Positions 49,424 through 60,139 of a stretch of 63,232 bases of DNA are shown piece after piece. Source of the DNA: Lysobacter sp. Lineage in GTDB: Bacteria; Pseudomonadota; Gammaproteobacteria; Xanthomonadales; Xanthomonadaceae. The stretch's first letter is position 1. Each line of letters starts with the position of its first letter. The translations under genes and the position numbers were made by a program. The stretch covers positions 1 through 63,232 of the forward strand of contig JABFWF010000157.1 in the NCBI GenBank assembly GCA_013362405.1, in the 5' to 3' direction. The notes beneath the pieces are model-generated. The model was not told the DNA's origin and searched no databases. It saw nothing but the letters and a program-made list of their open reading frames with translations.

Positions 49424-49987
49424 ATGTCGACTCCCGCCGAAGGCCGCCTGATCTGGCTCGACCTGGAAATGACCGGCCTCGACACGGGGCGAGACTCGAT
49501 CCTCGAGATCGCCACGGTGGTGACCGACGCCGAGCTCAACGTCCTCGCGGAAGGACCCGAACTCGCGATCGCGCATCCGCTCGCCGCGCTGGAGGCGATG
49601 GACGACTGGAACCGCACCCAGCACGCGAAATCCGGCCTGTGGCAGCGCGTGCTCGACAGCCGCGTGTCGATCGCCGAGGCCGAGGCCGACACGCTGGCCT
49701 TCCTCGCCGAATGGGTGCCGGCGAATGCCTCGCCGATGTGCGGCAACTCGATCTGCCAGGACCGCCGCTTCCTGCACAGGCTGATGCCGATGCTGGAAAA
49801 CCACTTCCATTACCGCAACCTGGACGTCAGCACGATTAAGGAACTCGCGCGACGCTGGGCACCGCAGTTGATGGGCGGCCTCAAGAAGGACGCCGCGCAC
49901 ACCGCGCTCAGCGACGTGCGCGACTCCATCGCCGAGCTGCGCTACTACCGCCAGCTGATGGGTCCCCTGGGCGGCAACGTCGCCTGA
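49424..49987 (+). CDS. orn: oligoribonuclease
   Basis: [12 protein letters not shown]...ILEIA...[11 protein letters not shown]...[14 protein letters not shown]. Confidence 0.92.
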   Translation: MSTPAEGRLIWLDLEMTGLDTGRDSILEIATVVTDAELNVLAEGPELAIAHPLAALEAMDDWNRTQHAKSGLWQRVLDSRVSIAEAEADTLAFLAEWVPANASPMCGNSICQDRRFLHRLMPMLENHFHYRNLDVSTIKELARRWAPQLMGGLKKDAAHTALSDVRDSIAELRYYRQLMGPLGGNVA

Positions 49988-50033
49988 CGGCCAGGGCTTG
50001 CGTCCGCCGCCGCATGCGGCACCATGCACGCAG

Positions 50034-50117
50034 GCCCGGATGGCGAAACCGGTAGACGCAAGGGACTTAAAATCCCTCGGCCGCAAGGCCATGTGGGTTC
50101 GACCCCCACTCCGGGCA
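50034..50117 (+). tRNA. tRNA-Leu (anticodon UAA)
   Basis: Folds by hand: acceptor GCCCGGA/TCCGGGC, anticodon stem AGGGA/TCCCT with loop CTTAAAA, a long variable arm, and T-arm GTGGG-TTCGACC-CCCAC. CCA is not encoded. Confidence 0.9.
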
Positions 50118-50169
50118 CGATGACAGGCGGCAGCGCAAGCCCGTTGCGCGTGCGTCAAGGGAGCAGGGG

Positions 50170-51447
<1,278 letters not shown>

Positions 51448-51481
51448 GGCGCTATTCCGAACGAGACGCGAAGGGCCATCG

Positions 51482-53104
51482 ATGCTGCGCTACCTCGCCT
51501 ATGCCCTGAGCCTGCTGCTGACGCTCGCCTGCCTTGCGCTGGCGAGGCGCAACCCCGTGTGGGGCTGGGGCGTCGCCGGCTTCGGCGCGCTCGCGCTGCT
51601 CGGCACCCGCGACCTGCTGCAGACGCGCAGCACGCTGCGCCGCAACTATCCGCTGCTGGCGCATTTCCGCTACGGGCTGGAGTCGATCGGCCCGGAGATC
51701 CGCCAGTACTTCATCGAGCGCGATACGGAGGAATCGCCGTTCTCGCGCCAGCAGCGCGCGCTGGTCTACCAGCGGGCCAAGCAGGTGATGGACGTGGTGC
51801 CGTTCGGCACCGAGCATGACGTCTATCGCGGCGACTACGAGTGGATCAACCATTCGCTGCGCCCGAGCGAAATTTCCTCGCATGACTTCCGCGTGCGCGT
51901 CGGCACGCTCGCGGCGCAGCCGTACGACGCCAGCGTGTTCAACATCTCGGCGATGAGCTTCGGCGCGCTGTCGGCGGCGGCGATCCGGGCGCTCAACGCC
52001 GGCGCGCGCCTGGGCGGCTTCTACCACGACACGGGCGAAGGCTCGATCTCGCCGTACCACCGCGAGCATGGCGGCGATCTCGTCTGGGAAATCGGCTCGG
52101 GCTACTTCGGCTGCCGCGACGACGAGGGCCGCTTCAGCGAGGAGCGCTTCGCCGGGAACGCGCGCTCGCCGCAGGTGAAGATGGTCGAGGTCAAGCTGTC
52201 GCAGGGCGCCAAGCCCGGCCACGGCGGCGTGCTGCCGGCCGCGAAGGTGAGCGCGGAGATCGCGGCGACGCGCGGCGTGCTGCAGGGACGCGACTGCATT
52301 TCGCCCGCGCGGCACAGCGCGTTTTCCACGCCGGTGGGACTGCTCGAATTCGTCGCCAGGCTGCGCGAACTGTCGGGCGGCAAGCCGGCGGGTTTCAAGC
52401 TCGCGATCGGGCATCCGTGGGAGTGGTTCGCGATCGCGAAGGCGATGCAGGAGACCGGCCTGCTGCCGGACTTCATCGTCGTCGACGGCGCGGAAGGCGG
52501 CACGGGCGCTGCGCCGGCGGAATTCGTCGACCACGTCGGCGTGCCGATGCACGAAGGCCTGATGCTGGTGCACAACACGCTGGTGGGCCTCGGGCTGCGC
52601 GACAAGGTACGGATCGGCGCGGCCGGCAAGGTCACCAGCGCGTTCGACATCGCGCGCACGCTGGCGATCGGCGCGGACTGGTGCAACGCGGCCCGCGGCT
52701 TCATGTTCGCGCTCGGCTGCATCCAGTCGCAGAGCTGCCACACGGACCGCTGCCCGACCGGCGTGGCGACGCAGGACCCGAAGCGCTGGCGCAGCCTCGA
52801 CGTGCCCGACAAGGCGACGCGCGTGTTCCGCTTCCAGCAGAACACGCTGCACGCGCTGCGCGACCTGCTGTGCGCGGCGGGCCTCGACGGCCCGGAGCAG
52901 CTCGGCCCCGAGCACATCCTGCGCCGCGTCTCGCCAACCGAGGTGAAGTCGCTGGCCGCGCTCTACCGTTTCCTGCGCCCGGGCGAACTGCTCGAGCGCG
53001 TGCCGGAGCATGCGGTGTTCCGCAGCTTCTGGGCGGCGTCCCGCAGCGACAGCTTCGATGCACCGGAATCCGTGCGCTCGCTGCGGCTGGCCAAATCGAT
53101 CTAG
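51482..53104 (+). CDS. FMN-binding glutamate synthase-family protein
   Basis: N-terminal TM segments, then KLSQGAKPGHGGVLP...DFIVVDGAEGGTGAAP...C.TD.CPTGVATQD. Confidence 0.85.
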   Translation: MLRYLAYALSLLLTLACLALARRNPVWGWGVAGFGALALLGTRDLLQTRSTLRRNYPLLAHFRYGLESIGPEIRQYFIERDTEESPFSRQQRALVYQRAKQVMDVVPFGTEHDVYRGDYEWINHSLRPSEISSHDFRVRVGTLAAQPYDASVFNISAMSFGALSAAAIRALNAGARLGGFYHDTGEGSISPYHREHGGDLVWEIGSGYFGCRDDEGRFSEERFAGNARSPQVKMVEVKLSQGAKPGHGGVLPAAKVSAEIAATRGVLQGRDCISPARHSAFSTPVGLLEFVARLRELSGGKPAGFKLAIGHPWEWFAIAKAMQETGLLPDFIVVDGAEGGTGAAPAEFVDHVGVPMHEGLMLVHNTLVGLGLRDKVRIGAAGKVTSAFDIARTLAIGADWCNAARGFMFALGCIQSQSCHTDRCPTGVATQDPKRWRSLDVPDKATRVFRFQQNTLHALRDLLCAAGLDGPEQLGPEHILRRVSPTEVKSLAALYRFLRPGELLERVPEHAVFRSFWAASRSDSFDAPESVRSLRLAKSI

Positions 53105-53117
53105 GCGCCGGCGCGGC

Positions 53118-53468
53118 TCACAGCAGGTCGAGCACCCGTTCCGGCGGTCGCCCGATGACCGCCCGCCCGCCGTGCACGAGGATCGGCCGCTCGATCAGGC
53201 GCGGATGCGCGTGCATGGCGGCGAGCAGCGCTTCGTCGTCCAGCGCTGGATCGTCCAGCCCGAGCGCCGCGTAGTCCTCCTCGCCGGTGCGCAGCAGCGC
53301 GCGCGGCGGCAGGCCGAGCAGGCGCAGCAGCGCGCGCAGCTCGTCGACCCTGGGCGGCTGCTCGAGGTAGGGCACGACGACCGGTTCGATGCCGCGCTCG
53401 CGCAGCAGTTCAAGCGCCCCGCGCGACTTCGAGCAGCGCGGGTTGTGATAGAGGCGGGTGGCGTCCAT
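53118..53468 (-). CDS. ArsC/Spx-family (glutaredoxin-type arsenate reductase-like) protein
   Basis: LYHNPRCSKSR...ERPILV. Alternative start at 53477. Confidence 0.75.
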   Translation of the reverse strand: MDATRLYHNPRCSKSRGALELLRERGIEPVVVPYLEQPPRVDELRALLRLLGLPPRALLRTGEEDYAALGLDDPALDDEALLAAMHAHPRLIERPILVHGGRAVIGRPPERVLDLL

Positions 53469-53632
53469 GACGGTCATCCGGTGTGCAAGTGCGGGGCATG
53501 ATCGCCGAAGGCAGGCTGCCGGGGGAGCGGCGCCCGTTGCCGTACCCGGTCCGTTGGCCTCGATGCGTGCGGACGCCCGAACGGTAAGCAGCATCGCATT
53601 CGTGCACGGCGAGCCTGCAGTCGGGAGCGGAG

Positions 53633-54778
53633 CTATCTCACCGCCGGCGGAACGACGCGCAGCAGCCTGCCGTCGTCCTCGTCGGTGAGTACGTAGAGGT
53701 TGCCGTCGGCGCCGGCGCGGACGTCGCGGATGCGCGCGCCGGGCCTGCCGAGCAGGCGCTCCTCGCCGGTGATGCGGTTGCCCTGGAGGGTGAGGCGGAT
53801 CAGGTCCTGGTCGGCGAGCGCGCCGAGGAAGAGGCTGTCGTTCCACGGCGAGCCCGGGTGGCCGGTGTAGAAGGCCATGCCCGACAGGCCGGGCGACTTC
53901 TTCCAGTACTTCAGCGGCTGCTCGGTGCCCGGCACGTGGGTGCCGCGCGTTTCCGGGTAAGGGCGCCCGGTGTCGTAGTCCATCCCGTAGCTGGCGATCG
54001 GCCAACCGTAGTTGCGGCCGGCCTGCGGGAGGTTGAGTTCGTCGCCGCCGAGCGGACCGTGCTCGCTTTCCCACAGCGTGCCGGTGCGCGGGTCGACGGC
54101 CAGGCCCTGCACGTTGCGGTGGCCGTAAGTCCAGATTTCCGGGCGCGCGCCGCGCTCGTGCACGAAGGGATTGTCGACCGGCACCGAGCCGTCGAGGTTC
54201 AGGCGCACCAGCTTGCCCTGCAGCTTCGACAAATCCTGCGCGTACATGCGGTAGCTGAAGCGCTCGCCCTGGCTGATGAAGACGTGGCCATGCCCGTCGA
54301 AGGCGATGCGCGAGCCAAAATGGTTGGGACCGACGAGCTTGGGTTGCTGGCGATAGATGACGCGCACGTCGGTCAGCGCATCGGCGCCGAGCGTGGCGCT
54401 CGCCGCGGCGGTGCCCGCGGTACCGCCGGGACCGGGCTCGGCGTAGCTGAAGAAGATGCGGTGGCTGCGCGCGAAGTCCGGCGCGAGTTCGACATCGAGC
54501 AGGCCGCCCTGGCCCTGCGCCCACACCGGCGGGAGCCCCTTCAGTGGTGGTGAGAGCTTGCCGTCGGCGGCGACGCGCCGCATGCGGCCGGGACGCTCGG
54601 TGACGAGGAAGCTGCCGTCCGGAAGCAGGGCGACGGCCCACGGATGTTCGAGGCCATGGAAGATTTCGATGACCTGCGGCTGCGCAGCCGCCGCAGGTGG
54701 CGACGTTGCGGCGCCTTGCGCGCGGATGGCCGCCGGCGCGGCGAGGAGCAGGACGAGCGACCGGAACAGGCGCTGCAT
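53633..54778 (-). CDS. PQQ-dependent soluble sugar dehydrogenase (YliI/Asd-like)
   Basis: Signal peptide, then LEHPWAVALLPDGSFLVTERPGRMR...GHRNVQGLAVDP..G.LW..EHGP.GGDE.N. Confidence 0.85.
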   Translation of the reverse strand: MQRLFRSLVLLLAAPAAIRAQGAATSPPAAAAQPQVIEIFHGLEHPWAVALLPDGSFLVTERPGRMRRVAADGKLSPPLKGLPPVWAQGQGGLLDVELAPDFARSHRIFFSYAEPGPGGTAGTAAASATLGADALTDVRVIYRQQPKLVGPNHFGSRIAFDGHGHVFISQGERFSYRMYAQDLSKLQGKLVRLNLDGSVPVDNPFVHERGARPEIWTYGHRNVQGLAVDPRTGTLWESEHGPLGGDELNLPQAGRNYGWPIASYGMDYDTGRPYPETRGTHVPGTEQPLKYWKKSPGLSGMAFYTGHPGSPWNDSLFLGALADQDLIRLTLQGNRITGEERLLGRPGARIRDVRAGADGNLYVLTDEDDGRLLRVVPPAVR

Positions 54779-54811
54779 GGAGCGACGTCCCGCACCGTCC
54801 TGCGCTGCTGC

Positions 54812-55522
54812 TCAGTACCCAGGCCAGTTCGAATCCCCGGTCGGGTTGTCCCACACGGGATCGGACCGTTCCGAGCTGGAGAAGCCGCTGCCGAGCTGGT
54901 CCCTCCCGGAGCGGATCGCTTCGCCCGGGCGGCCGAACGACGCCAGTCCGGGATCCACCCGGATCTCGTTGCGGACGTCGCGCACGCCGCGCGCGGCCGC
55001 GGCGAGGTCTTCCGCGCGATGCTTCATCGCGCGCTCCGGCACGTTGCCGGTGAGCGTGGCGACGCCGTCTTCGACCATCACCAGCACCTCGCTGGCGTCG
55101 ATGGCCATGTCGTCGGTCAGGCGGTCGACGATGTCGTCGGTGATGCGCGTGTCGGGCCGCACGTAGCCGCGCGGGCCGCACCCGCGATGGTCGGGCTCGA
55201 CACCGCGCGAGCGCAGGCTTTCGCGTTCGGCGCCATGGAACAGCGAACCGCCGCGGCCGTGGCCGCTCTGCGCGTGCATGCCCTGGCTTTCGGCGTAGCC
55301 GTGCTCGTGGGTGAAGTCGCCGTAGCCGCCCTGGCCGCGGTAGCCGTAGGTCATCGCGTCGTCGGCGCGGTCCTCGCCCCACGCGCGGTTGGTGACCGAG
55401 GGCAGGCCGTCGTACAGGCTGTCGTCGCGCCCGATGCGGTCGGCGTAGTGGGGCAGGCGCGAGGACCGGGTGCCGGGATGCAGCTGGCGGTCGCCGCTGG
55501 TGCTGTCGTGGCGGTGCTTCAT
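54812..55522 (-). CDS. BON-domain protein
   Basis: BON core (DDIVDRLTDDMAIDASEVLVMVEDGVATLTGNVP....AEDLAAAARGVRDVRNEIRV). Confidence 0.7.
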   Translation of the reverse strand: MKHRHDSTSGDRQLHPGTRSSRLPHYADRIGRDDSLYDGLPSVTNRAWGEDRADDAMTYGYRGQGGYGDFTHEHGYAESQGMHAQSGHGRGGSLFHGAERESLRSRGVEPDHRGCGPRGYVRPDTRITDDIVDRLTDDMAIDASEVLVMVEDGVATLTGNVPERAMKHRAEDLAAAARGVRDVRNEIRVDPGLASFGRPGEAIRSGRDQLGSGFSSSERSDPVWDNPTGDSNWPGY

Positions 55523-55687
55523 GGCGCTCTCCTGGACGCGACGATGCGGGCAGGGTAGGCGGCGTGTCGTTGACGGGACGGCAAGGCCGGATGAATTGGG
55601 TGCCTGCCGAGCGGAGTGGGGCCTGGCGCCCGGCCGCGCGGCAGGCGCGCGGTAAAATGCGCGCTTTCCACCAGCCTCGCTCCCGCC

Positions 55688-57241
55688 GTGACCCAGTTCC
55701 AGCCGATTTCCGACCCCGCTACGCCCGCCTCCATCCGCCAGGACGACCTGATCCAGTCGGTCGCCGACGCGCTGCAGTACATCAGCTACTACCACCCGGT
55801 CGACTACATCCGCGCGCTGTCCGCGGCGTACGAGCGCGAGCAGTCGCCGGCGGCCAGGGACGCGATGGCCCAGATCCTGATCAACTCGCGCCTATGCGCC
55901 GAGGGCCACCGGCCGATCTGCCAGGACACCGGCATCGTCACCGTGTTCCTGAAGGTCGGCATGAACGTTCGCTGGGACGACGCGACGATGGGCGTCGAGG
56001 ACATGGTCAACGAAGGCGTGCGCCGCGCCTACAGCCATCCGGACAACAAGCTGCGCGCGAGCGTGCTCGCCGACCCGGCCGGCCGCCGCCTCAACACGCG
56101 CGACAACACGCCGGCGGTGGTCAACGTCTCGATCGTGCCGGGCAACACCGTCGAGGTGATCGTCGCCGCGAAGGGCGGCGGCTCGGAGGCCAAGTCGAAG
56201 TTCGTGATGCTCAATCCGTCGGACTCGATCGTCGACTGGGTGCTGAAGACCGTGCCGACGATGGGCGCCGGCTGGTGCCCGCCGGGCATGCTCGGCATCG
56301 GCATCGGCGGCACCGCGGAAAAGGCGATGCTGCTGGCCAAGGAAGCGCTGATGGAGCCGGTCGACATCCCGGAACTCGTCGCGCGCGGCCCGTCCAGCCG
56401 CATCGAAGAGCTGCGGCTGGAGCTGTACGACAAGGTCAACGCGCTCGGCATCGGTGCGCAGGGACTCGGCGGCCTCACCACCGTCCTCGACATCAAGATC
56501 AAGGATTACCCGACCCACGCCGCCAACCTGCCGGTGGCGATGATCCCGAACTGCGCCGCCACGCGACACGCGCATTTCTCCCTGGATGGCAGCGGCCCGG
56601 TGACGCTCGATCCGCCGTCGCTGGAGGATTGGCCCAAGCTCACCTATTCGCCGCACAACGCGCGTCGCGTCGATCTCGACACGGTCACGCGCGAGGAGGT
56701 GGCGGGCTGGAAGCCGGGCGAGGTACTGCTGCTCAACGGCAGGCTGCTCACCGGCCGCGACGCCGCGCACAAGCGCATGGTCGACATGCTCGACAAGGGC
56801 CAAGCGCTGCCGGTCGACCTTGCCGGCCGCTTCATCTACTACGTCGGCCCGGTCGATCCGGTGCGCGACGAGGTCGTCGGTCCCGCTGGCCCGACCACCG
56901 CCACGCGCATGGACAAGTTCACCGAGCAGGTGCTCGCGCAGACCGGCCTGATGGGCATGGTCGGCAAGGCGGAGCGTGGACCGACGGCGATCGAGGCAAT
57001 CCGCAGGCACAAATCCGCATACCTGATGGCGGTCGGCGGCGCGGCCTACCTGGTATCGAAGGCGATCAAGGCCGCGCGCGTGGTCGCGTTCGAGGATCTC
57101 GGCATGGAAGCAATCTACGAGTTCACCGTGCAGGACATGCCGGTGACGGTCGCGGTCGATTCCAGCGGCGAATCGGTGCACCAGACGGGGCCGCGCGAAT
57201 GGCAGGCGCGGATCGGGAAGATTCCGGTGGTCGTCGCGTAA
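55688..57241 (+). CDS. fumA: class I (Fe-S) fumarate hydratase
   Basis: IRQDDLIQSVADALQYISYYHP...ICQDTGIV...GGGSE.KSK. The start is uncertain: GTG 55688, while the track start is 55616. Confidence 0.88.
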   Translation: MTQFQPISDPATPASIRQDDLIQSVADALQYISYYHPVDYIRALSAAYEREQSPAARDAMAQILINSRLCAEGHRPICQDTGIVTVFLKVGMNVRWDDATMGVEDMVNEGVRRAYSHPDNKLRASVLADPAGRRLNTRDNTPAVVNVSIVPGNTVEVIVAAKGGGSEAKSKFVMLNPSDSIVDWVLKTVPTMGAGWCPPGMLGIGIGGTAEKAMLLAKEALMEPVDIPELVARGPSSRIEELRLELYDKVNALGIGAQGLGGLTTVLDIKIKDYPTHAANLPVAMIPNCAATRHAHFSLDGSGPVTLDPPSLEDWPKLTYSPHNARRVDLDTVTREEVAGWKPGEVLLLNGRLLTGRDAAHKRMVDMLDKGQALPVDLAGRFIYYVGPVDPVRDEVVGPAGPTTATRMDKFTEQVLAQTGLMGMVGKAERGPTAIEAIRRHKSAYLMAVGGAAYLVSKAIKAARVVAFEDLGMEAIYEFTVQDMPVTVAVDSSGESVHQTGPREWQARIGKIPVVVA

Positions 57242-57349
57242 GACGGCCGTTCGGTCGTCGCCGCTTCGCGCGGCAAAACACGATCAAGCGGGGAGTGCGC
57301 GCAGCGGCGCGATGCGCGGCGCCGCTCCACCGCTTCCCGCGGCGCGTCG

Positions 57350-58714
57350 CTAAGAAGGCGTCTTCTGCCGCGGCGCCAGCAGGTTGTCGCCCACCTGCGC
57401 CTGCTGCGCCTCGGCGAGCTGCGGGTCGATCGCGTGGTCCACGGAGGTGTCCGCGCTGGCGTCCGGGGACAGCTCCGCCTGCTCCATCGACGCGGGCGTC
57501 GGCGCCGGCACGCCGGCGCGGCGGATGCCGGCGCGGTCGAGCGCGGTGGCGGCGCCGCGCATGGCTTCACTGCGCACGCGCTTGAGGTCGTTGCGGCGCT
57601 GGTCGACCCAACCGAGCACCTTCAGCGTCACCCGGTCGGGCAGCATGTCCTGCACGAGCACATAGGCGCCCGGTTCCGGCAGCACGCCTTCCACCGTGCG
57701 CGCGGCGTCCAGCGCGATGCGCTGCGCGTCCGCGATGCACGCGCCCGGATCGAGCGGTAGGTCGAAGTCGAAGCGGCTGCGCGGGTTCTGGCTGTAGTTG
57801 GTCACCACCGACTTGAACACCAGCGCGTTCGGCAGCGACACCTGGTTGCCGTCCAGCGTGAGCAGCAGCGTCGCGCGCGAGGTCAGCGCGACGACCTTGC
57901 CGTCGTATTTGTCGATGATCAGGTGGTCGCCCGGCGCGAACGGCCGGCGCAGGCTGAGCAGGATGCCGGCGACATAGTTCTCGGCGATGTCCTTGAACGC
58001 GAAGCCGGCGACCAGGCCGACCACGCCGGCCGAGCCGAGCAGTGCGCTCACCAGCGTGGTGGCGTCGAGCAGGTCGAGCGCGAGCACGATGCCGACCAGC
58101 ACGACCACCGTCTGCACGGTGCGGCGCACCAGCCCGTCCATGTACGGGTTGTGGCTGCGCGCGCGCAGCCAGTCGGCCGGGCGGCGTGCGAGCGCGCGCC
58201 CGAGCCATGCCGACAGCAGCACGATGAGCAGGCCGATCGCGAGCAGCGGCAGCGCCGCCACGCCCCGCACCAGCTTGCCGCGCGTTTCGTTCAGCGCGGC
58301 GTCGAAGCGCGTGCGCAGGTCGGCATCGAGCTGGATGTCGTTGACGACGTCGCTGACGCCCTGCACCTGCTTGGCGAGCGACGTCGCACGGTCGCGGTCC
58401 TCGTCGGCCAGCGCCTGCCCGGCGAGCGTGACCACGCCGGCGTTCACTTCGACGGTGACCTTCTGCAGGTTCGGCTGCCGCAGCAGCCGGGCCGTCACCG
58501 CGGCGGCGATGCGACGGTCGTCCTTCTCGCCGGCGCGTACCTCGGCCGCGACCTGGCTGGCCGCGGCAGTGCCGGGCGCGTTGTAGGCGGCCGAGCCGGA
58601 CAGCGGCGCGGGAGCGACGGACGCGGACGACGCGGGGACCGCCGCGGAGGCGGGCAGGGCGGCGGCCAGCAGCGAGCAGAGGCAGGCGCCTGCCAGCAGG
58701 CGGTGCAGGCGCAT
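57350..58714 (-). CDS. MscS-family mechanosensitive channel with an N-terminal BON domain
   Basis: Signal peptide, BON domain (VTVEVNAGVVTLAGQA..VQGVSDVVNDI), TM helices, and the MscS beta domain (PFAPGDHLIIDKYDGKVVALTSRAT). Its ATG overlaps the cls stop. Confidence 0.8.
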   Translation of the reverse strand: MRLHRLLAGACLCSLLAAALPASAAVPASSASVAPAPLSGSAAYNAPGTAAASQVAAEVRAGEKDDRRIAAAVTARLLRQPNLQKVTVEVNAGVVTLAGQALADEDRDRATSLAKQVQGVSDVVNDIQLDADLRTRFDAALNETRGKLVRGVAALPLLAIGLLIVLLSAWLGRALARRPADWLRARSHNPYMDGLVRRTVQTVVVLVGIVLALDLLDATTLVSALLGSAGVVGLVAGFAFKDIAENYVAGILLSLRRPFAPGDHLIIDKYDGKVVALTSRATLLLTLDGNQVSLPNALVFKSVVTNYSQNPRSRFDFDLPLDPGACIADAQRIALDAARTVEGVLPEPGAYVLVQDMLPDRVTLKVLGWVDQRRNDLKRVRSEAMRGAATALDRAGIRRAGVPAPTPASMEQAELSPDASADTSVDHAIDPQLAEAQQAQVGDNLLAPRQKTPS

Positions 58715-59979
58715 CACAGCTGCGACTTGAACGGCTGCACGAACTTTTCCGAGAGCTTTTCCTTCCATGGCCGCCGCGCCCATTGCGCGTAGGTATAGGG
58801 CACGGAATGCCGCAGGTCGTCATCGAACACGCGCGTCATCTTCGCGGCGAAGGTCGGGTCGTACACGTTCAGGCTGGCCTCGTCGTTGAGCTGGAAGGAG
58901 CGCAGGTCGAAGTTGGTCGAGCCGACCGAGACCAGCAGATGATCCACGATCAGCACCTTGTTGTGGAACATCGTGGGGTCGTACTCGGCGATTTCCACCC
59001 CGGCCTGCAACAGCGGCCCCCACGCGGCCTTCGACGCCATGCGCGCCGCGTCCGAATCGGTGTTCCTGCCCGGCACCAGCACGCGGATCTTCACCCCGCG
59101 CCTGCGCGCCGCCACCAGCGCCTTGCTGACCAGCGCATCGGGGATGAAGTAGGCGGCCTCGAGGTCGATGCTGCGTTCGGCCGCCGCGATCGCCAGCAGG
59201 TACATCAGGTGCATGCTTTCCGCGCCGCTCGCGGGCGAACTGATGAACACGTGCGCGTCCATGTCGCCCACCGGCTGCAGCGGCGGGAAGTAGTCCGCGC
59301 CGTTGAGCACCTCGCCGGTGGTCTTGATCCAGTTGTCGTTGAACGCGGCCTGCATCTGCGCGACGACCGGGCCTTCGATGCGGAAATGCACGTCGCGCCA
59401 GTGATCCGGATCCTGCGCATGGCCTCGCCACGGATCGCCGATGCCGACGCCGCCGGTGAAGCCGACCTTGCCGTCGATCACCAGCAGCTTGCGGTGGGTG
59501 CGGTTGTTGAGGCGGCCGATGTTGTACCAGTGCAGCGGGCGGTAGCGCTCCACGCGCACGCCCGCATCCTGCATCTCCTGGAGTTGCTTGCCGTCCATCG
59601 TGATGCTGCCGACCCAGTCGATGGTGACGTCGACCGCGACCCCGGCGCGGGCGCGCTCGGCCAGTGCGTCGGCGAACGCCTGGCCGACCTGCCCCGACCA
59701 GTAGATGTAGGTCTCGAAGGTGATCGTCTTCCGCGCGCTGCGGATGCCGGCGAGCATGGCCGGGAAGATCTCGTCGCCGTTCTCCAGGTCCTCGACCTGG
59801 TTGCCGGGGATGATCGCCGGCCCGAGCATCACCCCCATCTCGCGGCGGAACTGCGGGTCGGCGACCGCGTAGCGATGCTCGATCTTGCGTTCGAGCTTCT
59901 TCTCCGGGGTGGCGAAGTTCATGGCGATCGCGACCGCGAACACGGTCAGGATCGCGGTCAGGACGATGGTCCAGGTCAT
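58714..59979 (-). CDS. cardiolipin synthase-like phospholipase D family protein
   Basis: N-terminal TM segment and two HKD motifs (HRKLLVIDGKVGFTGG and HNKVLIVDHLLVSVGSTN). Alternative start at 60033. Confidence 0.85.
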   Translation of the reverse strand: MTWTIVLTAILTVFAVAIAMNFATPEKKLERKIEHRYAVADPQFRREMGVMLGPAIIPGNQVEDLENGDEIFPAMLAGIRSARKTITFETYIYWSGQVGQAFADALAERARAGVAVDVTIDWVGSITMDGKQLQEMQDAGVRVERYRPLHWYNIGRLNNRTHRKLLVIDGKVGFTGGVGIGDPWRGHAQDPDHWRDVHFRIEGPVVAQMQAAFNDNWIKTTGEVLNGADYFPPLQPVGDMDAHVFISSPASGAESMHLMYLLAIAAAERSIDLEAAYFIPDALVSKALVAARRRGVKIRVLVPGRNTDSDAARMASKAAWGPLLQAGVEIAEYDPTMFHNKVLIVDHLLVSVGSTNFDLRSFQLNDEASLNVYDPTFAAKMTRVFDDDLRHSVPYTYAQWARRPWKEKLSEKFVQPFKSQL

Positions 59980-60139
59980 CCGCTTGCGGTTCCAGGGGCC
60001 GGGCACGAAGCAGCGCTCCACGCGAGTGCGCATTCATGCTCTGGGTCGGCGCTTGATCGTCGCGTGAAGCGTCCTCTGGCCGGATGCGCGTTGCGGGGGC
60101 GTTGACCCGGTATCGACCTTCCCCCGGAGGCGATCGGCC

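Noticed and set aside
53118-53468. Second arsC as part of the ars system
   Set aside because: It lies 45 kb from the ars operon, has no ars neighbours, and belongs to the broad ArsC/Spx family whose members often have other roles.
58714-59979. PLD-family protein as a nuclease effector partner of the adjacent TIR gene
   Set aside because: It has an N-terminal TM anchor and the spacing of two HKD motifs typical of cardiolipin synthases. It is translationally coupled to the mscS-like gene and transcribed divergently from the TIR gene.
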